A stretch of 64,000 nucleotides of DNA from Alistipes sp. (GTDB taxonomy: Bacteria > Bacteroidota > Bacteroidia > Bacteroidales > Rikenellaceae). Shown here one piece after another: positions 38,402-46,553 of this stretch; positions within the stretch are counted from its first letter, which is position 1; each line of letters opens with the position of its first letter. The notes beneath the pieces were generated by a model. That model was not told the DNA's origin, did no database searches, and saw only the letters and a list, made by a program, of their open reading frames with translations. The stretch covers positions 4,107 to 68,106 of the forward strand of contig JAGAPT010000050.1 in the NCBI GenBank assembly GCA_017623115.1, written 5' to 3'. Made by a program: the position numbers and the translations under genes.

Positions 38402-39193
38402 ATGGTAGAAAAATTTATGATGGCCGGCTCGACACCGGTACATCTGTGTGATTCGGGTGCCGGAGAGCGTTGTGTGGTGTTGCTGCACGGCTATTTGGAA
38501 TCGATGCTCGTGTGGGATGAGTTTGTGCCACTCCTCTACAAGCAGGTGCGGGTGGTTACGATAGACCTGCCGGGGCATGGAATCTCGGTGGTTGATGGGG
38601 AGTGCCATACGATGGAGTTCCTGGCCGATACGGTGGCTGCAGCCATGGCGGCCCTCGGCATCGACCGCTATACGGTAGTCGGCCACTCGATGGGCGGCTA
38701 TGTGGCTTTAGCGATGTGTGAGCGTTGCCCCGAGCGATTGAATGGTGTGGTGCTGTTGAGCTCTACCCCGAATGCCGATACCCCCGAGAAGGCCGAGCAT
38801 CGTCGTCGCGAAATCGAATTGGTGAAGAGCGGCAAGAAGGAGATGCTGGCCCGAGTGGCTCCGGCAGCCGGTTTTGCCGAGCAGAATCGTCGTCGCATGG
38901 CCGATGCCATCGAGGACCTCACCGAGCAGGTTTTTGTAACCGAGGAGGAGGGCATCGTCGCCCTGCTCAATGGCATGATTCAGCGTCCCGACCGCAATGA
39001 GATGCTACAGCAATCTCCCGTGCGTCAGCTCTTTATCTTGGGACGTAAAGATGGCTATATTCCGCTCGAAGTGGCCGAATCGATGGTGGCACGTCATCCG
39101 CAGGCGCGTGTCGTGTGGCTCGAGGAGTCGGGGCATATGGGATTCCTCGAAGAGCCGCAACCGTGTGCCGAAGCGTTGCTAGCGTTTGTGTAG
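38402..39193 (+). CDS. Alpha/beta fold hydrolase
   Basis: LLHGY, DLPGHG, GHSMGG nucleophile elbow, G.KD, GHMG. Confidence 0.9.
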   Translation: MVEKFMMAGSTPVHLCDSGAGERCVVLLHGYLESMLVWDEFVPLLYKQVRVVTIDLPGHGISVVDGECHTMEFLADTVAAAMAALGIDRYTVVGHSMGGYVALAMCERCPERLNGVVLLSSTPNADTPEKAEHRRREIELVKSGKKEMLARVAPAAGFAEQNRRRMADAIEDLTEQVFVTEEEGIVALLNGMIQRPDRNEMLQQSPVRQLFILGRKDGYIPLEVAESMVARHPQARVVWLEESGHMGFLEEPQPCAEALLAFV

Positions 39194-39214
39194 CGAGCTA
39201 TACAACTGCAAACG

Positions 39215-39253
39215 AAAAGGGTGTGTTCCAAAGTTTATTGGACACACCCTTTT
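39215..39253. terminator. Bidirectional hairpin, copy 2 of the repeated palindromic element
   Basis: AAAAGGGTGTGTTCCAA / TTGGACACACCCTTTT with a one-nt bulge, between convergent genes. Confidence 0.8.
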
Positions 39254-39272
39254 GTGTTGTCAGGAGTTTGCT

Positions 39273-40388
39273 TTACTCGGCCTTCTCCTCAGTTTTCTCC
39301 TCGGCGGGCTCCTCTGCAGCCTCCTCAGCCTTGGCAGCCTCGGGGTCTACGTAGGGAACTACGTCGATGAGCTCTACCTCGAACTCCAACGCCTCGTTCG
39401 GGCCGATGTCGCGGCCGGCACCACGCTGACCGTAAGCCAGCTCGGCGGGAATCCACAACTTAATCGTACCGCCCTTACCTACGAGTTTCATACCCTCGGT
39501 CCAACCGGCAATCACGCGGTTCAGCGGGAACTCAACGGGCTCATCCTGGCTGGCAGCCTCGGGATTCTGTGCCAGAATCATCTCCTGCTGCTCCTTCGGA
39601 CGGTTGGCGAAAATCGAGGTGTCGAACACCTTGCCCTCGCGCGTGCGACCCGTGTAGTGTACCTTCACTACGTCGCGGTCATCCGTAGCCTTGAGCTCCT
39701 CGCCGGCCTTGATGACCTTGTAGAGCAGACCCGATTCGGTCTTCTCGACACCCGACTTCTTCTCAATTTTCGAGAGCCACTTCTGCGAAGCCTCCAGATT
39801 CTTGGCGGGCAATACCACCATGAAGTAGTTCTGCAGGAAGTTGTTTACGGCGTTCTCGTCCATCTGGGCGTTGCCCTCGATAGCCTCACGGAAACCGTTG
39901 CAAACCCACAATACCTGCAACTCGTAACCGCTGTTGCGCAGGTTTACGCCGATGTCCTGACCAAAGGCATACGAGATAGCCTCGCGCTCCTCCTCGCTCT
40001 CGAACATCGCCTCGTCGGCTACCGGATACTCCACCTTGGTCGTGTCACCCTCGGCCAGACGGATGCTGTCAGCCTCGGCACGCTTCTTGGCAATCTCCTG
40101 GGCACGAGCACCACGCTTGGTCATGAAGTAATCACGCAACTGCTCGATAGCCTCCTCGTGGGTCTGCGAAGCCTGCTCGAAAGCACCCTCCTCGATACCC
40201 TTCGTGATAACGGCTACATCGAACGGCACGTCGGCCATCTGATAACCGATGCCGGTAGCGATGTTGGCACCCAATGCATACGACAGGGTATCCATCTTCG
40301 AGGCGTTACCCTTCGTCAGTTTTGTGTCGTTGCCACAGCAGGCAACGAGCACCGCAGCAACTGCTACGGCAAAAATGCTTCTTTTCAT
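39273..40388 (-). CDS. FKBP-type peptidyl-prolyl isomerase, lipoprotein with two FKBP_N segments
   Basis: Lipobox-like VACC, two SYA(L/F)G..IG/IA segments, TESGLLYKV, VHYTG...GKVFD, VIAGWTEG, IPAELAYG, FEVEL. Start set at MKRSIF. Confidence 0.9.
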   Translation of the reverse strand: MKRSIFAVAVAAVLVACCGNDTKLTKGNASKMDTLSYALGANIATGIGYQMADVPFDVAVITKGIEEGAFEQASQTHEEAIEQLRDYFMTKRGARAQEIAKKRAEADSIRLAEGDTTKVEYPVADEAMFESEEEREAISYAFGQDIGVNLRNSGYELQVLWVCNGFREAIEGNAQMDENAVNNFLQNYFMVVLPAKNLEASQKWLSKIEKKSGVEKTESGLLYKVIKAGEELKATDDRDVVKVHYTGRTREGKVFDTSIFANRPKEQQEMILAQNPEAASQDEPVEFPLNRVIAGWTEGMKLVGKGGTIKLWIPAELAYGQRGAGRDIGPNEALEFEVELIDVVPYVDPEAAKAEEAAEEPAEEKTEEKAE

Positions 40389-40475
40389 CTGTTTAGTTAT
40401 GTTTGATAAGTAAAAATTGTTGGCTTTTTGCTTTTTCGTCGCAAAGGTATAAATAATTGTGCATTTATCCTTCAT

Positions 40476-41195
40476 TTAGCGACGCGAATTCTTGCGGCGG
40501 TTCCAATCGGCAAATTTGTCGAGGGCCACCAATTCGATTTCGAAACAGGCCGTTTGGTTGGGTTTGATGGCGTACTCGGCATTACCTTCGCCACCATATC
40601 CTTGCGCAGAAGGAATCCAAGCCTCGATTTTGCCGCCCTCGCCAATGAGTTTCAGACTCTCGATGATACCCGGGGCGCAATCGCCGAGCATCAACTGCAG
40701 GGTGTCGTTGCGCTCATACGAGGAGTAAAGCTCCTGCTCATTGAGCGAACGGATGCGCATGCGGATGGCGATGCTGTCTCGGTCCGAGGCGGGGATGCGT
40801 TCTTGGTCGCCCAACTCCGCTACGGTGTAGGTGACGCCTGTTCGTGTGCGGGCATACGAACGATTCGACTTGGCCAGGTCGGCCAGGAACTGCTCCTCGT
40901 AGGCACGTGCTTTCTCGGGCAGCGCAAAGTTCATGTAGCGCAGGTAGAAGGCTTGAGCCTCCTCCTCGGTGAAGCGACTCTTCTGGCGGAAGACATCCCG
41001 GATACCTTCGCAGAGGGCTGCGACATTCATCGTCGAATCCATCTGCATGAGGTTCCAGCCGACATTCATGCCGATGACATAGGCGACCGAGTCGGTGTCG
41101 CTTTTCAGACGGGCACTGTTTCCCTCCGAATTGTTCGAGCAACCGACGAAGGCTGCCGCAACGAGTAAAATGGAGAATAGGTATTTCATCTTCAT
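40476..41195 (-). CDS. FKBP-type PPIase-like lipoprotein (divergent)
   Basis: Lipobox VGC, DSVAYVIG, TRTGVTY, IPSAQGYG, IKPNQT..FEIEL. Confidence 0.75.
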   Translation of the reverse strand: MKMKYLFSILLVAAAFVGCSNNSEGNSARLKSDTDSVAYVIGMNVGWNLMQMDSTMNVAALCEGIRDVFRQKSRFTEEEAQAFYLRYMNFALPEKARAYEEQFLADLAKSNRSYARTRTGVTYTVAELGDQERIPASDRDSIAIRMRIRSLNEQELYSSYERNDTLQLMLGDCAPGIIESLKLIGEGGKIEAWIPSAQGYGGEGNAEYAIKPNQTACFEIELVALDKFADWNRRKNSRR

Positions 41196-41198
41196 AGG

Positions 41199-42239
41199 CT
41201 ATTTTTCGTTTGAGCGGAGTGCTTGACCGCACAATTTCCACAGGATGCGGGCTCCGACCACGGCGTCGGTCGTCTCTTCACCTCGAGGGGCTACCTCCAC
41301 CACATCAAATCCGATGATGCGTCGACCGCTCTCGCCCAGGCGTTGGAGCAGGTAGATGGCCTGGTTGTAGCTCAATCCACCCGGCACGGGGGTTCCCGTG
41401 TGGGGGCAGTAGGGGAGGTCGAGTCCGTCGATGTCGAAACTTACGTAGACCTCTTGGGGAAGCGCATCGATGATGCGGTCGCAGGTTGCAGCCCACGTTT
41501 CACCGGCAAAGGCCGCGGTGAAGAGTTGGTGATCGTCGAACTGCACGACCCGACCCGACCGTTCGGCGGTTTGTCGCTCCTCGGCGCTAAAGTCGCGCAC
41601 GGCAACCTGCACGATGCGTTCGACCTCGGGCACGTCACGCAGGAGGTTGTACATAATCGAGGCGTGCGAGAACTCAAACCCTTCGTAGGCTTCACGCAGG
41701 TCGCAGTGAGCGTCGATGTGTAAGATGCCAAACGAGGCGTGTCGCTCGGCCAATGCCTGCACCAAGCCATAGGGGGTCGAGTGGTCGCCACCGACCAATC
41801 CGACCAATTTCCCCTCGGCCAGCCAGCGGGATGCTTCGGCACGGATGTTGGCATTGAGCTCGGCCGAACCGTCGTTGACACGACGAATCTTGCGAACGAC
41901 ATAGTCATCCTCGGTCGAGCCACCCTGCTCGAGGTGCTCGATGACGCGACGAGCATCGACGCGCAGTCGCTGCGAGAGTTCCTGCAACGAGTAATCGATG
42001 TCGGCTGTGGCAATACCGCGACGCCACGCCTCGGGAGCCGCCGGATCGTAGAAATCGAGCTGGGTCGAGGCCTCGATGAGGGCATCGGGGGCATAGGAGG
42101 TGCCGGCACCATACGATACGGTAACATCCCACGGTGCCGAAATCAGCACCAAAGCGGCCTCTTCAGGGGTGAAGGGCATGCCGAAATAGGTACCTGTGTC
42201 GATACCTACGCCATCGGGGTTGAAGTTCAGTTCGCTCAT
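41199..42239 (-). CDS. speB: Agmatinase / arginase (ureohydrolase) family
   Basis: PWD.T.SY..GT..AP, GGDHS, HIDAHCD, SFDID, TGTPVPGG, DVVEV. Start set at MSELNF. Confidence 0.85.
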   Translation of the reverse strand: MSELNFNPDGVGIDTGTYFGMPFTPEEAALVLISAPWDVTVSYGAGTSYAPDALIEASTQLDFYDPAAPEAWRRGIATADIDYSLQELSQRLRVDARRVIEHLEQGGSTEDDYVVRKIRRVNDGSAELNANIRAEASRWLAEGKLVGLVGGDHSTPYGLVQALAERHASFGILHIDAHCDLREAYEGFEFSHASIMYNLLRDVPEVERIVQVAVRDFSAEERQTAERSGRVVQFDDHQLFTAAFAGETWAATCDRIIDALPQEVYVSFDIDGLDLPYCPHTGTPVPGGLSYNQAIYLLQRLGESGRRIIGFDVVEVAPRGEETTDAVVGARILWKLCGQALRSNEK

Positions 42240-42319
42240 AACTTGCGGAAATCTATCCGACAAAAATACGAAAAATTATAATTTTCTCTATATTTGTTGC
42301 CATGAAAAAGCGTTTCTCG

Positions 42320-43330
42320 ATGAAAAAGAGTCTTCCTGTGGTGGTCGTCGACCGTGCTATCCCCTTTCTAACCGACTTTTTAAGGGGGCGAGCCGAGGTT
42401 GTCGCCCTACCGGCCGATGCGATGGATGCTGCTACGGTGAAGGATGCCGATGCCTTGGTGGTCCGCACCCGTACTCGGTGCGATGAGGCATTGCTGGCCG
42501 GCTCACGGGTCAGTTTGGTCATGACGGCCACGATTGGCCATGACCATATCGACCGAGCGTGGTGTGCCGAGCAGGGGATTCGGGTCGAGACGGCTGCCGG
42601 ATGCAATGCACGAGGGGTGTTGCAGTGGGTAGCAGCCGTCTTGGCCGATGCGGCACGGAGCGCGGGTTGGCACCCCTCACAACGCACCTTGGGCGTGGTT
42701 GGCGTGGGGCATGTTGGCTCGTTGGTCAAGGCCTATGCCGAAGCGTGGGGCTTTCGGGTGCTCGGTTGCGACCCTCCGCGTGAGGAGCGTGAGCAACTCG
42801 GGTTTTTATCGTTGGAAGCGGTGGCTGCCGAGGCCGATATCCTGACCTTTCATACACCGCTCGATGCCGCGACCCGTCACCTGTGCGATGCGGCTCTTCT
42901 GCAACAGATGAAACCCTCGGCTTTGATTCTGAACTCGTCACGAGGCGAGGTGGTCGATGGCCGTGCGGTACTTGCATCGGGACACCTTTATTGTTTTGAT
43001 GTCTGGGAGGGGGAGCCCTGTCTTGATGGCGAGGTGCTACGGAATGCCCGATTGGCGACTCCGCATGTGGCAGGCTACTCGGCACAGGGGAAGGCCAACG
43101 CCTCGATGATGGCGGCACGCGTCTTGTCCGACCATTTTGGCTGGCCGTGGGAGGAGTGGTATCCGACCGAAGTGATACCCCCCAAGCCACGTATGCTCAC
43201 CTGGGAGGAGTTGCTGGCAACCATAGATGGCTATTACGATATCGTCACCGAGAGCGCCTTATTGAAGCAGCATCCGGAGCGATTTGAGGCGTTTCGGGAT
43301 GCCTATCGTTTCAGATTGGAATATTTTTAG
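42320..43330 (+). CDS. pdxB: 4-phosphoerythronate dehydrogenase
   Basis: DALVVRTRT, TIGHDHID, GCNA.GV, G.GHVG, FHTPL, N.SRG, DVWEGEP, TPHVAGYS..GK. Alternative start at 42302 would be nearly leaderless given TATATTTG at 42289-42296. Confidence 0.9.
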   Translation: MKKSLPVVVVDRAIPFLTDFLRGRAEVVALPADAMDAATVKDADALVVRTRTRCDEALLAGSRVSLVMTATIGHDHIDRAWCAEQGIRVETAAGCNARGVLQWVAAVLADAARSAGWHPSQRTLGVVGVGHVGSLVKAYAEAWGFRVLGCDPPREEREQLGFLSLEAVAAEADILTFHTPLDAATRHLCDAALLQQMKPSALILNSSRGEVVDGRAVLASGHLYCFDVWEGEPCLDGEVLRNARLATPHVAGYSAQGKANASMMAARVLSDHFGWPWEEWYPTEVIPPKPRMLTWEELLATIDGYYDIVTESALLKQHPERFEAFRDAYRFRLEYF

Positions 43331-43342
43331 TATCTTCGCACC

Positions 43343-44425
43343 ATGTTTCGTTATGTGCTTCGACCGATACTCTTTGCCCTCAAAGCCGAGCAGGCACACC
43401 GTCTGGTGATTTGGCTGCTGCGGTTGGTGGGGTGGTTGCCGGGTGGCCGTTGGTTGCTCGGACGTTGTTGTGCGGTCGAGGATCCCGCCCTCACGCGAGA
43501 GGTCTTCGGTGTGAAGTTCCGTAACCCGATCGGGATGGCGGCAGGCATCGACCGCAATGGTGAGGTGGCTGTCGAGTTGGGTGCGATGGGTTTTGGCTTT
43601 GTCGAGGTGGGCACGCTGACACCGAATCCGCAATCGGGAAATCCCACGCCACGCATGTTTCGCGACGAAGCAACACGCACGGTGCGCCATCATACGGGAC
43701 ATGCCAACCGAGGGCTGAAGAGTGCCTTGCGCCACCTGCGTCGTGACCATAGCGGCGTGGTGGTCGGATGTAATATCGCCTGCAACGCCTCGACGCCTCC
43801 CGAAGAGGCTCCGAAGGATGTGCTGAAACTCTTCCGCAACCTCTATCAGTATGTTGACTATTTTGCTGTCAATGTCAGCGGTGATGATATTCGCGACGAG
43901 GAGGTCTCTCACTCCGAAGGATACATGCGAGCCTTACTCGAACCGCTTTTCGATTTCCGTCGCGGACAGAATCAATATCGGCCCATCCTGTTGAAAATCT
44001 CGCCTGACCTGACCGATGAGGAGGTTGACCGCGTGGTGGATATTCTGATTGGAACCCCGCTCGATGGTATCGTGGCCGCTAATGGTACGGCTCGTCGGTT
44101 GGCAAACGAGCAGCATACGCTCGGTCGTCGGTGTGGCGAGGGACTGGCGGCACGCTCCGTGGAACTGGTACATCGCATCCATACCCGTTCGGGGGGCACC
44201 TATCCCATCATTGGTTCGGGAGGCATGATGTCGCCGACGGAGGTGCAGGCGATGTTCGAGGCGGGAGCCAGCCTGGTACAACTCTGCACGGGGCTCATTT
44301 ACGAGGGCCCGAGCCTGCTCAAAGAGGTCTGCCAGTCGCTCTTGCCGACTCCGCAACCCGAAACGGTATCCGAGGTTCCCTCTACGGCCGAAGAGCCTTC
44401 TACACAACCTGACGAAGGGGCATAA
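43343..44425 (+). CDS. pyrD: Class 2 dihydroorotate dehydrogenase homologue with degenerate active site
   Basis: E.AH N-terminal helix, NPIGMAAG.D, GFGFVEVGT.TP.PQ.GN..PR.FR, LKISPD, IIGSGG, GASLVQ. Catalytic loop reads NVSGDD instead of NxSSPN. Confidence 0.7.
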   Translation: MFRYVLRPILFALKAEQAHRLVIWLLRLVGWLPGGRWLLGRCCAVEDPALTREVFGVKFRNPIGMAAGIDRNGEVAVELGAMGFGFVEVGTLTPNPQSGNPTPRMFRDEATRTVRHHTGHANRGLKSALRHLRRDHSGVVVGCNIACNASTPPEEAPKDVLKLFRNLYQYVDYFAVNVSGDDIRDEEVSHSEGYMRALLEPLFDFRRGQNQYRPILLKISPDLTDEEVDRVVDILIGTPLDGIVAANGTARRLANEQHTLGRRCGEGLAARSVELVHRIHTRSGGTYPIIGSGGMMSPTEVQAMFEAGASLVQLCTGLIYEGPSLLKEVCQSLLPTPQPETVSEVPSTAEEPSTQPDEGA

Positions 44426-44464
44426 CGTCCTTTCGTTCTTTTTTTTCGATAATTCGATAACGAG

Positions 44465-45706
44465 ATGAAAGCAACCATCCTTACCATTGGCGATGAGATT
44501 CTCATCGGCCAGATTGTCGATACCAATTCGGTATCCATTGCCAAACACCTCAATCAGGCAGGTGTTGTCGTGCACGAGAAGTGCTCCATCGGTGACGATG
44601 CCGGGGAGATTACCCACACGGTACGTCGTGCGATGCAGGAGAGCGAGGTGGTGATCATCACGGGAGGCTTGGGCCCCACGAAGGATGATATTACGAAAAA
44701 GACCTTGGCGCAACTCTTTGATAGTGAGATGCGCTATGATGAGGCCGTGGCTCAACATGTCGAGCAGATGCTCACCTCGCGCGGTATCGAGTTCAATGCC
44801 CTGAATCGCTCGCAAGCCGAGGTCCCCGTAGCGTGTACGGTGCTGCACAATGCCCATGGCACGGCCCCGGGTATGTGGTTCGAGCGTGAGGGGCGGGTTG
44901 TTATCTCCCTGCCGGGTGTTCCCTATGAGATGGAGCACCTGATGGAGGATGAGGTGATGCCCCGCCTGAAGGCCCATTTTTCGTTGCGTCAGATTGTGCA
45001 TCGCACCCTTATCACCTCGGGGTTGGCTGAGTCGATACTGGCCAAGCGTATCGAGCAGTGGGAGGAGGCGTTACCGGCTTATTTGAAGTTGGCCTACCTG
45101 CCTTCGGCCGGTATCGTGCGTCTGCGCCTCTCTGCTTACGAAGTGGAGGGACGGCAGGTGGCCGAGGAGATCGAGCACCGCTTTGCCGAGCTGCAACACC
45201 TCATACCCGACTATGTGGTCGGTTTTGAGACGGCAACCGTGGAGGAACAGGTGCATCGTTGTCTGATGGATCGAGGACAAAAGTTAGCCGTGGCCGAGAG
45301 TTGCACGGGTGGTAAAATCGCCTCGAAGTTTACGGCGATGGCCGGGGCGTCGGCCTACTTCTTGGCGGGCTTGACCACCTACTCGAATGAGGCGAAAATC
45401 AAGGTGCTGGGGGTGCAAGCTTCGACCATTGAGGCTTATGGTGCCGTGAGCGAGCAGACGGCTCGCGAGATGGCCGAAGGGGCGCGTCGTGTGACGGGTG
45501 CCGACTATGCGGTGGCGACAACGGGTATCGCAGGCCCGAGCGGTGGCTCGGCCGAGAAACCTGTTGGCACGGTGTGGTTTGCCGTGGCCACTCCCGAGGG
45601 TATCACAACGGCACTCCATCTATGCGGTACGGATCGTGGCCAGGTCATCGATCGGGCAACGGCCTATGCCATTCGGATGCTGCGCGATGCCTTGAAATGG
45701 GGCTAA
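44465..45706 (+). CDS. cinA: CinA (MocF + PncC nicotinamide mononucleotide deamidase)
   Basis: IGDEILIGQIVDTN, TGGLGPT.DD.T, GTAPG, LPGVP.EM, VAESCTGG, GAVSE..A.EMA.G, TG.AGP.GG...KPVG.V. Confidence 0.93.
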   Translation: MKATILTIGDEILIGQIVDTNSVSIAKHLNQAGVVVHEKCSIGDDAGEITHTVRRAMQESEVVIITGGLGPTKDDITKKTLAQLFDSEMRYDEAVAQHVEQMLTSRGIEFNALNRSQAEVPVACTVLHNAHGTAPGMWFEREGRVVISLPGVPYEMEHLMEDEVMPRLKAHFSLRQIVHRTLITSGLAESILAKRIEQWEEALPAYLKLAYLPSAGIVRLRLSAYEVEGRQVAEEIEHRFAELQHLIPDYVVGFETATVEEQVHRCLMDRGQKLAVAESCTGGKIASKFTAMAGASAYFLAGLTTYSNEAKIKVLGVQASTIEAYGAVSEQTAREMAEGARRVTGADYAVATTGIAGPSGGSAEKPVGTVWFAVATPEGITTALHLCGTDRGQVIDRATAYAIRMLRDALKWG

Positions 45707-45772
45707 ACTGCTAAATTGGTGTGAAAAAGTGAATAATTTTGCATTTTGAATTTTGATTTGTGAATTTATTCG

Positions 45773-45780
45773 TATATTTG
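45773..45780 (+). promoter_or_regulatory. -7 element upstream of rpmB
   Basis: TATATTTG, followed by C, 44 nt before the ATG. Confidence 0.6.
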
Positions 45781-45823
45781 CACTCCCTTTCGGGAAGTAT
45801 AATTAAACAAAACTAAACGACAG

Positions 45824-46057
45824 ATGAAAGTTTGCGAAATCACCGGTAAGGTGGCGATTGTGGGCAACAACGTCTCGCACTCGCACCACAAGACCAAGCG
45901 CAAATTCAGTCCCAATCTGAAAACCAAGCGCTTCTGGTCGGAAGAAGAGGGCCGCTGGATCACCTTGAAGGTATCGGCTGCCGGCATGAAAACTATTAAC
46001 AAGAAGGGTCTGGCTGTGGCTCTGCGTGAGGCTGCCGCTCCCAAGAAAATCTACTAA
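45824..46057 (+). CDS. rpmB: 50S ribosomal protein L28
   Basis: CEITGK....GNNVSHS..KTKR.F.PNL. Confidence 0.97.
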   Translation: MKVCEITGKVAIVGNNVSHSHHKTKRKFSPNLKTKRFWSEEEGRWITLKVSAAGMKTINKKGLAVALREAAAPKKIY

Positions 46058-46073
46058 AAACAATTAGTTAGAA

Positions 46074-46256
46074 ATGGCAAAGAAAGGTAACCGAGTGCAG
46101 GTCATTTTGGAGTGCACCGAGCAGCGTGAGAGCGGCGTTCCCGGAATGTCGCGTTACATCACCACGAAGAACAAGAAGAACACGCCCGAGCGTCTGGAGC
46201 GCAAGAAGTACAACCCGTACTTGAAGCGTGTAACCGTACACCGTGAAATTAAATAG
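46074..46256 (+). CDS. rpmG: 50S ribosomal protein L33
   Basis: [16 protein letters not shown]..., [20 protein letters not shown]. Confidence 0.97.
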   Translation: MAKKGNRVQVILECTEQRESGVPGMSRYITTKNKKNTPERLERKKYNPYLKRVTVHREIK

Positions 46257-46268
46257 TAGTAAGACACT

Positions 46269-46424
46269 ATGGCAAAGAAAGTAGTAGCAACCCTGAAAAC
46301 GGGTGCAGGTAAGCAGTACACGAAGTGTATCAAGATGGTGAAGTCGGAGAAGGGCTCCTATATGTTCAAGGAGGCTGTTGTTCTGAACGCCGAGATCAAG
46401 GATTTCTTCGAGGAGAAGAAATAG
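46269..46424 (+). CDS. DUF4295-family small protein (51 aa; absent from the ORF track)
   Basis: Translated by hand: MAKKVVATLKTGAGKQYTKCIKMVKSEKGSYMFKE... This small gene typically follows rpmG in Bacteroidota. Confidence 0.88.
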   Translation: MAKKVVATLKTGAGKQYTKCIKMVKSEKGSYMFKEAVVLNAEIKDFFEEKK

Positions 46425-46444
46425 TGTTTTAAGAGGCAACTCTT

Positions 46445-46483
46445 AAAAACAAAGGGTATCCGATGAGGATGCCCTTTGTTTTT
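46445..46483 (+). terminator. Intrinsic terminator of the rpmB-rpmG-DUF4295 operon
   Basis: Stem AAAAACAAAGGGTATCC / GGATGCCCTTTGTTTTT followed by a T-run. Confidence 0.85.
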
Positions 46484-46553
46484 TGTGTTTTTGGGTAAAA
46501 ATGGATGGTTGTTCGTATATATATTATATAAGTATCGTTCAAATGCAAATTAT

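Noticed and set aside
46476-46553. N-terminal extensions in the ORF track (also for 22832, 28192, 40475, 42263 and 52680)
   Set aside because: These extensions run through terminators, promoters or A/T tracts. Downstream ATGs give proper signal peptides or family-typical N-termini.
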